Source: Octopus vulgaris (Eukaryota). Taken from it: a stretch of DNA of 64,000 bases. Below, in pieces: positions 52,152 to 64,000 of the stretch; position 1 is the stretch's first letter; the number at the start of each line of letters is the position of its first letter. The translations under genes and the position numbers were made by a program. Below the pieces are notes generated by a model that worked only from the letters and a program-made list of their open reading frames with translations, did not search any database and was not told where the DNA came from. Location of the stretch: positions 114,328,001 through 114,392,000 of the forward strand of contig OX597816.1 in the NCBI GenBank assembly GCA_951406725.2. The letters run 5' to 3'.

Positions 52152-53454
52152 GCTTCTAGTGCAAGGGTGCTTGTCTGTGTGTGTACATGTATGTGTGTGT
52201 GAGTAAATTAACATCATTTTAAAACAAAAATCCAGGGAGATTAAATAAAAATATATACAAGCAGCCCTGGTGAATCATGATTTAACTTCAATAGGTGATG
52301 CGTGTGCATATGAATGGCAGTGTGCACATGTATGAGTGCATGAATATCTGAGGGTTTGTGTACATATATTAGCCTATGATAGTGACTCTTTTGCTGGATG
52401 CGTATGAATATATATATATATATGTGAATGTCTGATTATGTGAAGAATGTGTACGGAGGATGTATGTTATGAAGGGTTAGTACATATGTGTTTGTGTGTG
52501 TATGCATGTGGTATATGTGTGTGTGTGTGCATGTATGCATGAGTATGTTGATAAGCTATGAATATTACTGCATCTGTGTTTATTTGTAAAAATAGGTATT
52601 TAATTTTGTACACACACACATATATATATGGATATATATATATATATATATATGTGTGCACATGCACATACACACACAAATATATGTATGCATGTATATA
52701 TATATATATATAAAGCAGATCTTTTTTATTGTGTGTGCGTGAGAGAGAGAGAGAGTGAGAGAGAGACGGGAGTGAGAGAAAGACAGACAAACAGAGAAAG
52801 TGTGCACATAGATTTCTGTGTTTCTATAGTGTTTGTGCACTGTCTACATATATATTTAGAGAGAGAGAGAGAGAGAGAGAGAGGAAGGGTGAGTACGGGT
52901 AAATGTGCATGTCGGACAAAAGCAATGCTTATCCACAAAGCTAATACACTTCCTTCAGGTTTTTTTTTTCTTCTTTTTTTATTCGTACATGGATAAGAGA
53001 ATGAAGAAGCGGGAGAGGGGGGTGAGAGAGGAAGGAGGAGGAGATGGAAAGAAAAGAGTTAGACTGGAATGGTGGTGGGAGGGCAACTAACTTAACATTG
53101 AATTCATTTGCATTCAAAGTATATAATTCATTTAGAAATAATAGATTTGATGTTGATGATGATTGCAAAGTGGAGAGGGTGGTGGTGATAGCGGTGGTGG
53201 TGGTGGTGGTGGTAAATATAGGTGACAGATTGGAAATGGAGTAGAGTAGATGAAGAGGATGAAGATGTTGGCATTGTTTGTATCTAGGGATGTGGAGATT
53301 GCGGTAAGGGTAAGGGTAAGAGGAGGTGATGGAGGTCGCAGTTTGAGGCTGTAGAAAGGTTGGATACTGGGGGATGTTTGTTGTGCTATGGTGACTAGCA
53401 GCTGAGCTGTGATGGTAGAAAATACAATCGTAGCAACAGCAACACAGACTCTCA

Positions 53455-53494
<40 letters not shown>
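53455..53494. repeat. (TAG)n microsatellite
   Basis: Directly visible. Confidence 0.95.
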
Positions 53495-53495
<1 letters not shown>

Positions 53496-53863
53496 AAGAA
53501 TGTAAGAAAGAATCAAAAGTAAAAATGATAGTAGTAGAAGTAGAGAAAGTACTTAGTATATATATAGTATAGTACCAGGAGAAAATGTAGTACAAGAAGT
53601 AGCAGAGGTAGAGGAGGTAGTTGGTGGTTACAGAACCAGCATGAGTAACATCACTTCCACAACCTCCTCAGACATGTCTAATCATAGTCATTCTCTTTGA
53701 TGACTGGTTCATTCAGTTTCTTTTTCATTAAAAATGGGTTTTCAAAAAACTGATTTCCCCAAGAATAAAATGCTTGACTATAGAAATTTCCTTGTTGAAG
53801 GATGATTCAATGGCTTGCAGTGATGTATAACAGATGCAACTAAAGAAGTAATGATGACATGAT

Positions 53864-53938
53864 GAAGAAGAAGAAGAAGAAGAAGAAGAAGAAGAAGAAG
53901 AAGAAGAAGAAGAAGAAGAAGAAGAAGAAGAAGAAGAA
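53864..53938. repeat. (GAA)n microsatellite
   Basis: Directly visible, uninterrupted. Confidence 0.95.
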
Positions 53939-54433
53939 AAATAACAACAACAGCAATGAAAGTGATAATAATAAAAACAATAATGACTGAGGGAGAGAGA
54001 GAGAGAGAGAGAGAGAGCTACAAACAGGACTGAACAAGGAAGATATAAAAGTTACGCAGCATTAAAGTGTTTATAATATCTTTTGTAATAGTGACACTGG
54101 GAAGAGTACAGACATATACAAAAAGAATCTACAAAGACTCAAAAGGAAATATTGGTATTCAGTTGAAGATGATTGAAATTGCTGGAAACTACCATTATTA
54201 ATACCATAAGAATCCTAAGAAAGATTCGAGAACTTTGAAAAGTATTGTTGATACAAATATTTATCAATAATACTATCTTGAAACTCCAAAAATCTTTATG
54301 AAATTTTTGTTGGTGTTGATGGTGATAATCCTCAAAGTAGGGAATCTCATTCAGAGGTAAATATTTTAAGATCTCTGGCTTCACAATGTAATAGTTTATA
54401 TACCTCTGTCTCACACAAGAATGCAGTATTTTA

Positions 54434-54656
54434 TTAACCCTTTCGTTACTGTATTTATTTTGAGATGCTCTGTGTTCCTTTCAATTACTTTAAATATAAC
54501 AAAGAATTTAGTAAAATAACTTAGTTATCATTCAGCTTGTGTTAGGAACATAAATTGTGACTAAGGTTTGGTGGAAGATTTTAATTCAAAACTTATGGAA
54601 ACATTTGTACTCAGAACCAGAGCCAGTTTCAGCCGGGTTGGTAACAAAAGGGTTAA
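54434..54656. mobile_element. piggyBac-like MITE, family 2
   Basis: TTAA|CCCTTTCGTTAC...GTAACAAAAGGG|TTAA. Confidence 0.85.
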
Positions 54657-57042
54657 TCTAATTAATTATTCATATCACAATATTTTTCCCTGCAAATTTT
54701 CAGGTCTTGGGTCAGATTTTGGTCTTATGTTTATATTAGAAAAAACATCATGTTAAAGGAGGTTGATGTGGGAGCTATGTGCATTGCAGTATAAAGTTAT
54801 GTCTTTTTGCTCTCTGTGTCCACATGCCATGGGAATTTATTTTCTGAGGTTGATAACATAGGAGTCACTTAAATATCAGGGCTGATTTAATTAAACGTTT
54901 CCTCTAGAAGAATGTATGGCATTATGACTATATTAAAAACGCATTTTGGTATTGATTGCAATATGATAAAATATGCTTTTGCTCAGCATTAACAGAAGAT
55001 TTTAATAGATTTCTTCAATTTAAAGAAGTAGAATGAAGTATTTTAGTCAAAGACAGGAAAAGAACAGAAGAAAGCTTAGAATACAACACTCTTTGCTTAA
55101 ATTAAAATGAATTTTTTTACAACTTCAAAGTGTGCAGTAACAATATCCAAAATATATGATGTGTAGGAGAATGTGAGTTGTGGCATTTATGCTTTTCTGT
55201 TGAGACATTATAAATGTTATGAACTATCATAACAATGTAAGCCAAAACTTCTCCAAGAGTCAAGACTAGATTATAGGATCAACTCATGGGGAGTTTAACT
55301 TTTTTCTATGATACCCATCTTCTCTACAGAACTCAACAGCCTAATAATTAGGAATTCTAACATAAGAACATGGTCATAAAATTTGGAGAAGAGAGTTTTC
55401 GATTCTGTTGACCTCTAATACTTAAAAAGTAATTATTTCATTGACCTTTGAAAGATATAAGGAGTAACACTAACAGGAGTTTAACTCAAAACATAACTAA
55501 TGAATACAGAGCATTTTTTCTGGCATTCAACACTCATTAAAGAATACAACTTTGTAAAAGAGGCAGAAACCCACACATATACAGGAGAAAGATATAAATG
55601 ACTGAATCAACTGCTGGTATATTACTGATACTTATTTATCCACCCCAGAGGTATGACAAAGAGAGAAAGTTAAATAGTATCATATTCCTGACTCGACTGT
55701 CTGTTTAACAATTGTTTTTAGTGTTTTTAATATAGGCACAAAGCCTGAAACTTGAGGAGATGGGGGCTAGCTGATTAGATTACTTGGCTGATACCTTATT
55801 TTATTGACCCTAGAGGAATGAAAAGCAAATTTGATCTTGATTTTAGAAGGATTTGAACACAGAATGTAAAAATAGTACAAAGAATTTTGTTTTATGTTCT
55901 AACAATTCAGTTAATTGAGTAGTCTTTTAATCATAGTAGAAAGACACATTCCCTGGAAATAAATTCTAATAGAAAATTGTTGCCTATCCTCCTTTTTCTT
56001 TACTTTTTGCTTCCAATCAAAGGATACTCAATTTTCACATTTGATATAACAACAATTGAAGCAAAGGAGCAAGTAGGTTATTTATTTAAGGATTATTGCA
56101 AGAAAACTTATTATATAGGATACACTGTCAGATTTAAGGACAACTGGGAAATTAAATTATGACACTCATGTCCTTCACAAAGGCATTGATGACATAAAAA
56201 TTAAAGGAGGCTATGCCTAAGAATAAAACTTGATCACAGATATAGCTCACCAGGAGTTTAGCCTTACTTTATCATAATCAACTAAAAAAATGTTACATGC
56301 TCTTTAGCTAAAAATGAATTTTAGTAACAAACTCAAAATATATGTTAGGTGCAGAAATATTTTAAAAAGTTGCAGCACTATATGAAAATTTGCAGTGTAC
56401 ACTGACACTAATTCATTCACACCTCCTTAACCCTTTGCTATAATTTTTCTTATATTTATTTTTTTATTTGTTTAATTGTTGTTTCATGTCCCACAAATAC
56501 ACATTCAGTTTTATCCTTATGGCTATGTCTGACAATTTCAAAGCAAAGCAAGAAATAAGATACAAAAATTCAACAAAAGGAAAATAAACCAAACTCTCCC
56601 TGCCCCTCACCAAATAAACAAAAACATTAGGAATAGATATTCAATGAATGCAAACAAAACAAAACAAAAAAAAACTAAAACAAATGCAAGCAAAAACTCT
56701 CAGATTCTATACCATACAATGGATGAGTGATGAGTGGAGTGGATTACATGCTTAGTGTATAAATTGGAAGTATGACTGCTTTGCATAGGAGATTATGGGT
56801 TCTTCTCCCACTGTAGGCAGTATAATAATGTACTCAGGAAAATGGTTTTCCCTCTATGCCACAGACCAACCAGCTGTAGATTAGGCACCGATTTTGCAAT
56901 AGTCTAAAGTAAGACTATCATACACAGGGTAAGGACAGAGGTCTTATCTCTCATTTATTTAAAACTTAAGGAATAGATAAACAATGATCCTGTAAACCAT
57001 ATTGTACTTTATTGCTGTTTATTTGTGTTTATTTTTTATTGG

Positions 57043-57047
<5 letters not shown>

Positions 57048-57094
<47 letters not shown>
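57048..57094. repeat. (GA)n microsatellite
   Basis: Directly visible. Confidence 0.95.
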
Positions 57095-57098
<4 letters not shown>

Positions 57099-57399
57099 GA
57101 GACTGACTCACTGCAGAAGAATCTCTCCATGTAATGAAGATATTTAACTAGGTTGCAGTTGCAAAATAAAAATGAATGACTATTTGCAACCTGCAGTAGT
57201 TAGTTAATGCTTACAAAATTAGATGTGGTAACATAAGAACGAGGACTGTTTTTCATGCTGATGCCATCCTAACTAATTTGTCTGTAAATTATTGTCTAAA
57301 ATATGGTGTCACACCTATGCATATATAATCTTGTACATCTAACTTAGTGAGTCTTACATCACAACTTTGGCAAGTACAGTAAAGTCTTTGCTTCAGTAA

Positions 57400-57628
57400 C
57401 AAGGTTTAACAATACCGAAACATGTTCAGAGTTGTCTTCCATACATGCCAAACTGATTAAAGTAACATAAATGCCCAGCTAATGATGTTCCCAATTAGTT
57501 TTCTTTTTAATGTGGAGTAGGGGCCGAAACCAGACGTGGTTCCTCCCTGATGATGTCTTGAGCTAACTGGATCCTATAAAGGAGCTGTTGTGGTAGCAGA
57601 CCACGAAACACGGTTGGAATTCCTATTG
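57400..57628 (+). ncRNA. Tandem cluster of hammerhead-like motifs (one near-intact, two decayed)
   Basis: CTGATGA at 57547-53, long stem II (GTCT/AGAC, GCTA/TAGC, TCCT ataa AGGA), GAAA 57605-08, C acg G-TT, then GGA pairing with TCC. Upstream: CTAATGA..GAAA-CCA gacg TGG-TT (57479-57541) and GGT..ACC-GAAA-CATG-TT (57403-57426). Confidence 0.55.
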
Positions 57629-58176
57629 CGAAACACTAACATGGATACTTTGCTCTGCTTAAATGAAAACCCCCCAACCATAGAATGCTCTCTAACATGC
57701 AAGTACATTTAGCTATATAAAAATTATGTAAAGACAGAGAAATAGTAACACGACTCAATTATTAGGTGTAGTTTGATTTCTTTTGACTGAGCATTACACT
57801 CTTTGTACAAGACGAACACAAGCAAAGCTACAGTAGACTGACTCAGCTAGAGTTATTTAACGACATACATTCTAAACCACTCCTAAGAAATAATAGCAAA
57901 AACACAAGACATTATAAAGCAACCAACGCAACTCTAAACACCATTCCAACTCTGCTCGTTTGATAGCTGACAAATAAAAACTCATTAATAAATATTAATG
58001 AACTTTTTTTTTCACGTGTCTGCCATCCAATCAATAATTAAAATGGTTATTGCCACCTTTCTCAATATTATATACTGTGTAGAGATCTGCTTTGGATAAC
58101 ATATCTATAAATGTAATTCATTGGCAGTGTGTAATCTCTCACACTATCTGAATCCATCTATTGACGTGTGTGTGTG

Positions 58177-58213
<37 letters not shown>

Positions 58214-58628
58214 ACACATGCCTGTATGAAGTACATAGGAATGGAGTATAGGGAGAGAGTGAGAAGAAAGAAAGGGAGCAGAAAAATATTCTCTAAGTCT
58301 AAAAAAAAAGTGTCTTTTAATGTTAACATTAAGTGAGAACTAAGCTAAATTATGGAGAAAAATAAAAATCATCCAAGTGACAAAATGCATATATGTATGC
58401 ATGTGTGATGTAAAAGTATGTGCACACATACGCATGCACATAAATGCACAAATAAATTGGAAATAAAGAAACAAAGAGAAACTGTAATATAAATTAATAG
58501 ATATACGAGCATCTACCTTTTACATCAGTATCTATTAAATGTATCAGTAATTAGAGGCAAATAGACAGAGACATAAACTTACACACACACGCACACATAC
58601 ACACACACACAATAACAACAACAACGAC

Positions 58629-58650
58629 TATAATAATAATAATAATAATG

Positions 58651-58687
<37 letters not shown>

Positions 58688-58731
58688 TAATAATAATAAT
58701 AATGATAATAATGATGATGATGATAATAATA
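58629..58731. repeat. (AAT/GAT)n microsatellite
   Basis: Directly visible. Confidence 0.95.
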
Positions 58732-59031
58732 AAAACTCATTATATTTCATTTTCATTTTTCCTAATATATATTAAGACATTCAAGAAAATTCTCAAACAA
58801 ATGTTATATCAATTAGTAGTGTTTATTAATAATTTTGCAGTTGACAAAAATGAGGAAAGGAAAAATAATATAAATAATAAGGAATAAGAAAAGAAAAAAA
58901 ATATTTAAAAATTATCCAAATAAAAAATTACATTGTAGACTTTTAATTTGTTCTTTTTATTAATTAGTGAGAGTTTCCATCAAATATAAAAGGTGATGTA
59001 AATAGGAGAAAGAATGGTAGTAACAACATAC

Positions 59032-59107
59032 CTGCACTCCTGGCCACAGACTAAAATCATCACGTTGGTGACGTTCCGTCATATTTAGACTGGGGTAGCA
59101 GTCAGGA
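59032..59107 (-). CDS. Candidate 76-nt exon of an unidentified minus-strand gene (PDCYPSLNMTERHQRDDFSLWPGVQ)
   Basis: Acceptor cttatttcttcgtattttccag and donor CAG|gtatgt. GC-richer than flanks, retains CpG, only one open frame, ends in phase 0, internal aatATG in good context. Confidence 0.6.
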
Positions 59108-59409
59108 CTGGAAAATACGAAGAAATAAGCATATAAGTAAAAAAATAAAATAAAATGATTATCGAAAGCATTGGAAGATAATGGCAAAGAAAACATTATT
59201 TAAATCATTCTTGTTTTAAAATAGTAACAAATATAATTTTGACAAACAAAATTAATACAAAAGTTATTCTGTATGTGATAAAACAATGCTATGGCAACGA
59301 CATCACTGTTTTTGTCCTCATGCAAAAAAATAAATTGAATTTCAAATTAACCATGCACAATAGCAGATGCTGATCACCACCTCAGTTAGAAAAAGACAAC
59401 CAACTAGAC

Positions 59410-59761
59410 CAGTGGTTCTCAACTGGGGTCCATATAAGATCTTGTTGGGGTAGGGGTCCATGCAAGAAAAATAGTAAATTGGGGAGCCACAGTAGTATTT
59501 TAAATGTCCGTGGAAAACAAAAACAAAATTGCTTTAGATGTATTGATTGCAAGAAACAGACAGGGTTTTTTCACTAATGTTTTACATAGTTCAACATGTT
59601 TCTGGCAAACATGTTCTCTCAGAAAGTTCTATTGCAAACCTATACAAGTGAATTTTGAAAGAAGAATCTATAAAACTAGCTTTTAGACATTGTGGAACTA
59701 TAGGAGTCCTCCAGTATAAAATAGTTAATCAGGGGAGATCGTGGGAATTCAAGGGAGACTG
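59410..59761. mobile_element. hAT (Charlie-like) MITE
   Basis: CAGTGGTTCTCAAC start, TSD aactagac/cactagac, interior shared with the 28292 copy (ggtccatataagat, aatagtaaattgggg). Confidence 0.7.
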
Positions 59762-60028
59762 CACTAGACTCATATATATATATAGTAAATACACAACAAT
59801 GGAATGAAGATGGAAATTTTTAATCGGTGATAACTCTTTCAATAATCAGAAGAATTTTTTACATTAATCCCCATGATGCACATTATGTAAATACAGAGGC
59901 TATGTAATAAGTTTCACTAATTATTTCTTCAGGCTCAGTTACACCAAACTAGATGCTGGTTTTCATAGTAGAAATTACTCTATTAAATATAATAAAGAAG
60001 GAATGGTATAGAAAAAAAATTATAAAGT

Positions 60029-60436
60029 GGCATAGGAGTGGCTGTGTGATAAGTAACTTGCTTATGAATCACATGGTTCTGGGTTCAGTCCCACTGCATG
60101 GCACCTTGGGCAAGTGTCTTCTACTATAGCCTCGGGCTGATCAAAGCCTTGTGAGTGGATTTGGTAGACAGAAATTGAAAGAAGCCCGTCATATATATGT
60201 ATATATATATGTGTGTGTGTATATGTTTGTGTGTCTGTGTTTGTCCCCTCAACATTGCTTAACAACCGATGCTGATGTGTTTACATCCCTGTAACTTAGT
60301 GGTTTGGCAAAATAGACCGATAAAATAAGTACGAGGCTTACAAAGATTAAGTCCTGGGGTCGATTTGCTCGACTAAAGGCAGTGCTCCAGCATGGCCACA
60401 GTCAAATGACTGAAACAAGTAAAAGAGTAAAAAGAG
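60029..60436 (+). mobile_element. SINE family A, full length
   Basis: Head ggagtggctgtgtgataag..gggttcagtccc, tail (aaaagagt)n. Confidence 0.9.
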
Positions 60437-63400
60437 CAGTTTGTCACACTTTCAAAAATTCACTCGAGTAGGGAGACTACAGAGACAGATTATGTTATTA
60501 GTTTCCCAATGTTAAATCTACTGTAAACAGCCAGGGCCACAAATGATGACTGGCTAGGAATGATCTAATTTATTGTATGAATACTAAAGAGGCAGAAATA
60601 AGAGCAAACAACTCAAATATATACATCCTGACAAGTTTACATATGTATGCACATACACATATGCATGCATACATACATACATACATACATCTATGCATGC
60701 AGTATCTATGTCTATATGTAATAAATGAGTATCTGCAGCTCCAAATTAAGGTCTTTTATGGCGGTGTTTATAAAATACTATTAAAGTAGACAAATATAAT
60801 CCCAAACTAATTCCATGTTTTTTTTTGTGTCATCTATTCAATTTATTTATTCAGTATGACATGTTGCTTTAATAGCACTTTCACTTTTTCCCTGCCCACT
60901 TCTTTCACTTTCTTGTTTTCTATGATGCCCAGTTTATTTGGATACTACAGCCTCTTTTTCATCATTCTAGTAAGCAGAAAGTACTGCTGAAGTGTCTTAA
61001 GTATCACAAGCAATATCATTTATCTATCAATAAAATCTCACTTAAATAATATCATCTTGCAAGATATCAGTAAAAGATGTTTTTAAGTTTATAAATGATG
61101 AGAAAAGGGAAAGGAACCAAAATATACAAGCTAAACCCTTCCAAAAGACTAACGATGCCATGCCATCTAACATCCCTTTTGATCACCAAACATATTCTGG
61201 TCTTTCTACATATGCACTCGGGTGGATCAATCATTACAATTACTAAAAATTTGAATTGATTTGTATGAATAAAAAAAAGATCCATTAGATTTTTAAATGC
61301 TTCAAAATGGCCAGTTGATTCCTATAATCATTCTCCTTTTACCATAATATTTCTTCAGTCCTAGAAGATACAGAGTTATCAATAAAGTCGAGTTTCAGAT
61401 ATATTATGGATATATCTAAACTGGGTAGCTATCTAACACATGATACACTGAAATACAAGATAATTTATTAATGAAATCTACAAAATATGAGCTTTGTTCT
61501 TAGAATTTCTATTTTAATAAGTTATCTCTTTTCCTCTTTTTTCTTTTTTAATTAGATATATGGATTCGTATCATTATTATTGAGAGGAGACAACTGATTA
61601 ACTAAATCCAATATATTATTGGTATTAACTAATTTTATCTATTTTAGAGTGGAAGGCACCAAAAGCTTATTTTGAAATTGGCTTTTTATATTTAAAATGT
61701 ATATAGATAATTCCTGCCAAATTTCAAAGAATATTTTAAGGAATGATTATAGGAATGTAAATCACAAATTCTTAAGCAGATTTTCATCCAGATATCTAAT
61801 GAGATTTAAAATAGCTGTTTGATATGTAAGAAAGTGCAGTGAAATTTCTTTCAATTACAATATTCTAAAGAAATTTACTTTGCAACTACTTGGTTGTTTA
61901 CACCATGCTGCACTTTAGATATGTGTGTTTTACTACGGTTTTGGCTTGACCAATACTTTGGTTGGGTATATCACACATGCATTGAAACACATCAGTAATA
62001 TCAGTGAGAAAACAGACAAACTGATGCTTTTGAACACAGTGCCAAATAGTTTGCTTGAGTTGTACAGACACCCCATGGCACTCTTGCCATAGTAAATAAA
62101 GTGAACTAGTTATTGGAAACATGTAACCAACAATGCAGATCATCATAAAAAGTGATTTTAAAAAAATCAATAACAAAAATAACCACTTGTTACTATCTTA
62201 AAAGGACTTTGGCACAATGCACAATGTAGCCCTGGATATATAAAAGATGAGATTGTTATGGTTAAAACACCTTTGATTATAGATCTGCTTAATGAGGACA
62301 ATAACAAACAATAACAACATAACAGTTATGATACATCTGTTAATTTTTTTTTTATAGTTGTGTGTTGAATTTGGCATTACAAACTGGGTATGTTCTCAAA
62401 GAACAGAAGGGCACGAGCAGAGAAGGTATGAATGTTATTATTGCAGTAAGAGAGCTTGGAAAGTTGAGAATTTCAGTAGTGTAAAAGTACATGAGGCAGC
62501 AGAAGAAGAGTTACAGAATGACTTTACATAACTCTTAATTAAAACTAAGGTTTACAGAATCCATGGAAAACTTAGGAAATAAAGCTTTCAATGTTCTTGA
62601 AATTTATGTTTCTTGGGCAACAAATAATTGGAAAACATTTAATATTCTAAAATCAAAGTCTCAGTTTTTTTGTACTTTGAATAACAAATATTCAGCTGTT
62701 AAAAAAATTTGAGTCACAAAAATTAAAAGAAAAATAGTAAAAAATTATTTTAAATAAATAGGTTGGTTTAGAAATGAACTGAAATATTAAGCAAGGAATT
62801 CTTGATAAATTATGAATAACATTTGCTATCAATGCTGTAGTGACAATGCTGAGTTGAGATTATTTTTGCAGGCATCAAACAATGCCTTCAGCTAAAATGT
62901 TGCTAAAACAACTGTGAAAGATTTCAAATATTCTTTGGAATAATTTTGAGACACAAGAAGTTGATATTTAACTTGCATCATTAAATACACCATGGCATAC
63001 AGAATTATATATACCATAAAAAAGAAAAAAGTTCACAACACATTTATCATTGCTTGTACAGATATTAGATTTACTTATCAACTGATTGAAACGCTTAAGG
63101 AAAGAGAGAGAGAAAAGGAGGGAGGGAAAGAGACAGAATTAAAGGTGGAAGGTGGAGGGAGAGGAAACAAATATATTAATGGAATTACTAATTGAGAAAG
63201 AACTTATTTTAATTATTCAGTTATTTAATTTCTTTATATTTTTCCTTTCTCCGTTATAAAAAAAAAAATAATAATAAATAAAAATAAATAAAGATGTTAA
63301 GCTCCAATAGCAACTGGGAACCAGAGTCAATTTGTTTTCCTTGAAGACAGCAAACAAGTTTACTCAAAGCAAGATCCCTAATGAATAGGTTTCCAGTGAC

Positions 63401-63504
63401 AGGAAATAACTAATGATTAATTTTGCTATGTCACGACAAACTTCAGTGACTGTGCCTATTGCTCAGAAGGTGAAGTGCATTCATTGTTATAGGAAAGCAC
63501 TCAC

Positions 63505-63519
63505 TCGAACTAATAACTA
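63505..63519 (-). CDS. Candidate 15-nt microexon (phase 1-1, xVISSx)
   Basis: tgtctccctgtcag|TAGTTATTAGTTCGA|gtgagt; only phase 1 is stop-free. Confidence 0.25.
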
Positions 63520-64000
63520 CTGACAGGGAGACATTTGTTGTCATACAGGGGTTCACTGATTAACTATCTCTATAAATGAATTCCAATTGAAAATGAACAG
63601 ACAAATGTTCAGAAACTTGGTCAATCATCTAGGATGTAATGATACTGAAAATTATTCTCATTTCTTTTAGAATATCGTTGAAGAAAAGGGAGGATATATG
63701 GAATACAATGCCATTTTCAAAGACTGCCATAGTAGTTTATTGTAGAATAAGTCTTAAAAGATTCAGGAAACTGACTGATTTAGAAGAGTTGCCCTTCCAA
63801 AACAGATCAAGACTAAAAGTAACTATTTTGTGCAAAACTAAATAAAGCTTAAATTAGAATTTTAATTCACTAAAATATAAAAAAAAGCTGATTTGATTGT
63901 TAAAATAAACCTTCTATTTTCCTAAATTGTGTTTACAAAATACTCAGCTTTTCTAAAAGTAAATTAGATTAGCGATTATAATGATGATAATGATGATGAT

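Noticed and set aside
52941-53516. Overlapping minus ORFs rich in P/T/Y
   Set aside because: Driven by (TAG)n and (GGT)n low complexity; no clear donor.
936-60265. Recurrent ORF text such as RGYSRRHLPKVP, SVYQIHSQG, LQLDALPNANH
   Set aside because: These are SINE families A and B read in frame, not genes.
242-60789. Track ORFs rich in YI/HT/CV/I/ER runs
   Set aside because: Translations of (TA)n, (CA)n, (ATT)n and (GA)n microsatellites, which lack stops in some frames.
61063-61246. Plus frame ISVKDVFKFINDEKRERNQNIQAKPFQ..
   Set aside because: Weak acceptor, no partner exon or motif; length is within chance expectation.

Overview
AT-rich, microsatellite-dense eukaryotic DNA. The repeat inventory (tRNA-headed SINEs with internal (TA/CA)n tracts, (GAT)n-tailed SINEs, TTAA-flanked MITEs) is what I recognise from octopus genomes; the taxon is an inference. 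There is no long ORF, and nearly all entries in the ORF track are microsatellite or repeat artefacts. The window looks like intronic sequence of a large minus-strand gene: the plus strand is A/G-rich, and several short minus-strand segments have good splice signals (best at 59032-59107 and 17439-17474). A CpG-retaining block at about 19.4-24.1 kb contains a candidate alternative first exon ending AAGATG|GTAAGA. I cannot name the gene. Mobile elements: four SINE families, piggyBac-like and hAT-like MITEs, a fold-back mariner relic, CR1 and RTE 3' fragments, and a Helentron-type non-autonomous element. The most interesting signal is at least five separate type-I hammerhead-ribozyme-like loci that share only the catalytic core. 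Two have intact cores and long interrupted stem I helices (2769-2807 on minus, 46249-46304 on plus). One is a tandem cluster (57400-57628), and two are decayed (9856-9912, 30194-30236). All pairings were worked out by eye; none has been folded computationally or tested for cleavage.
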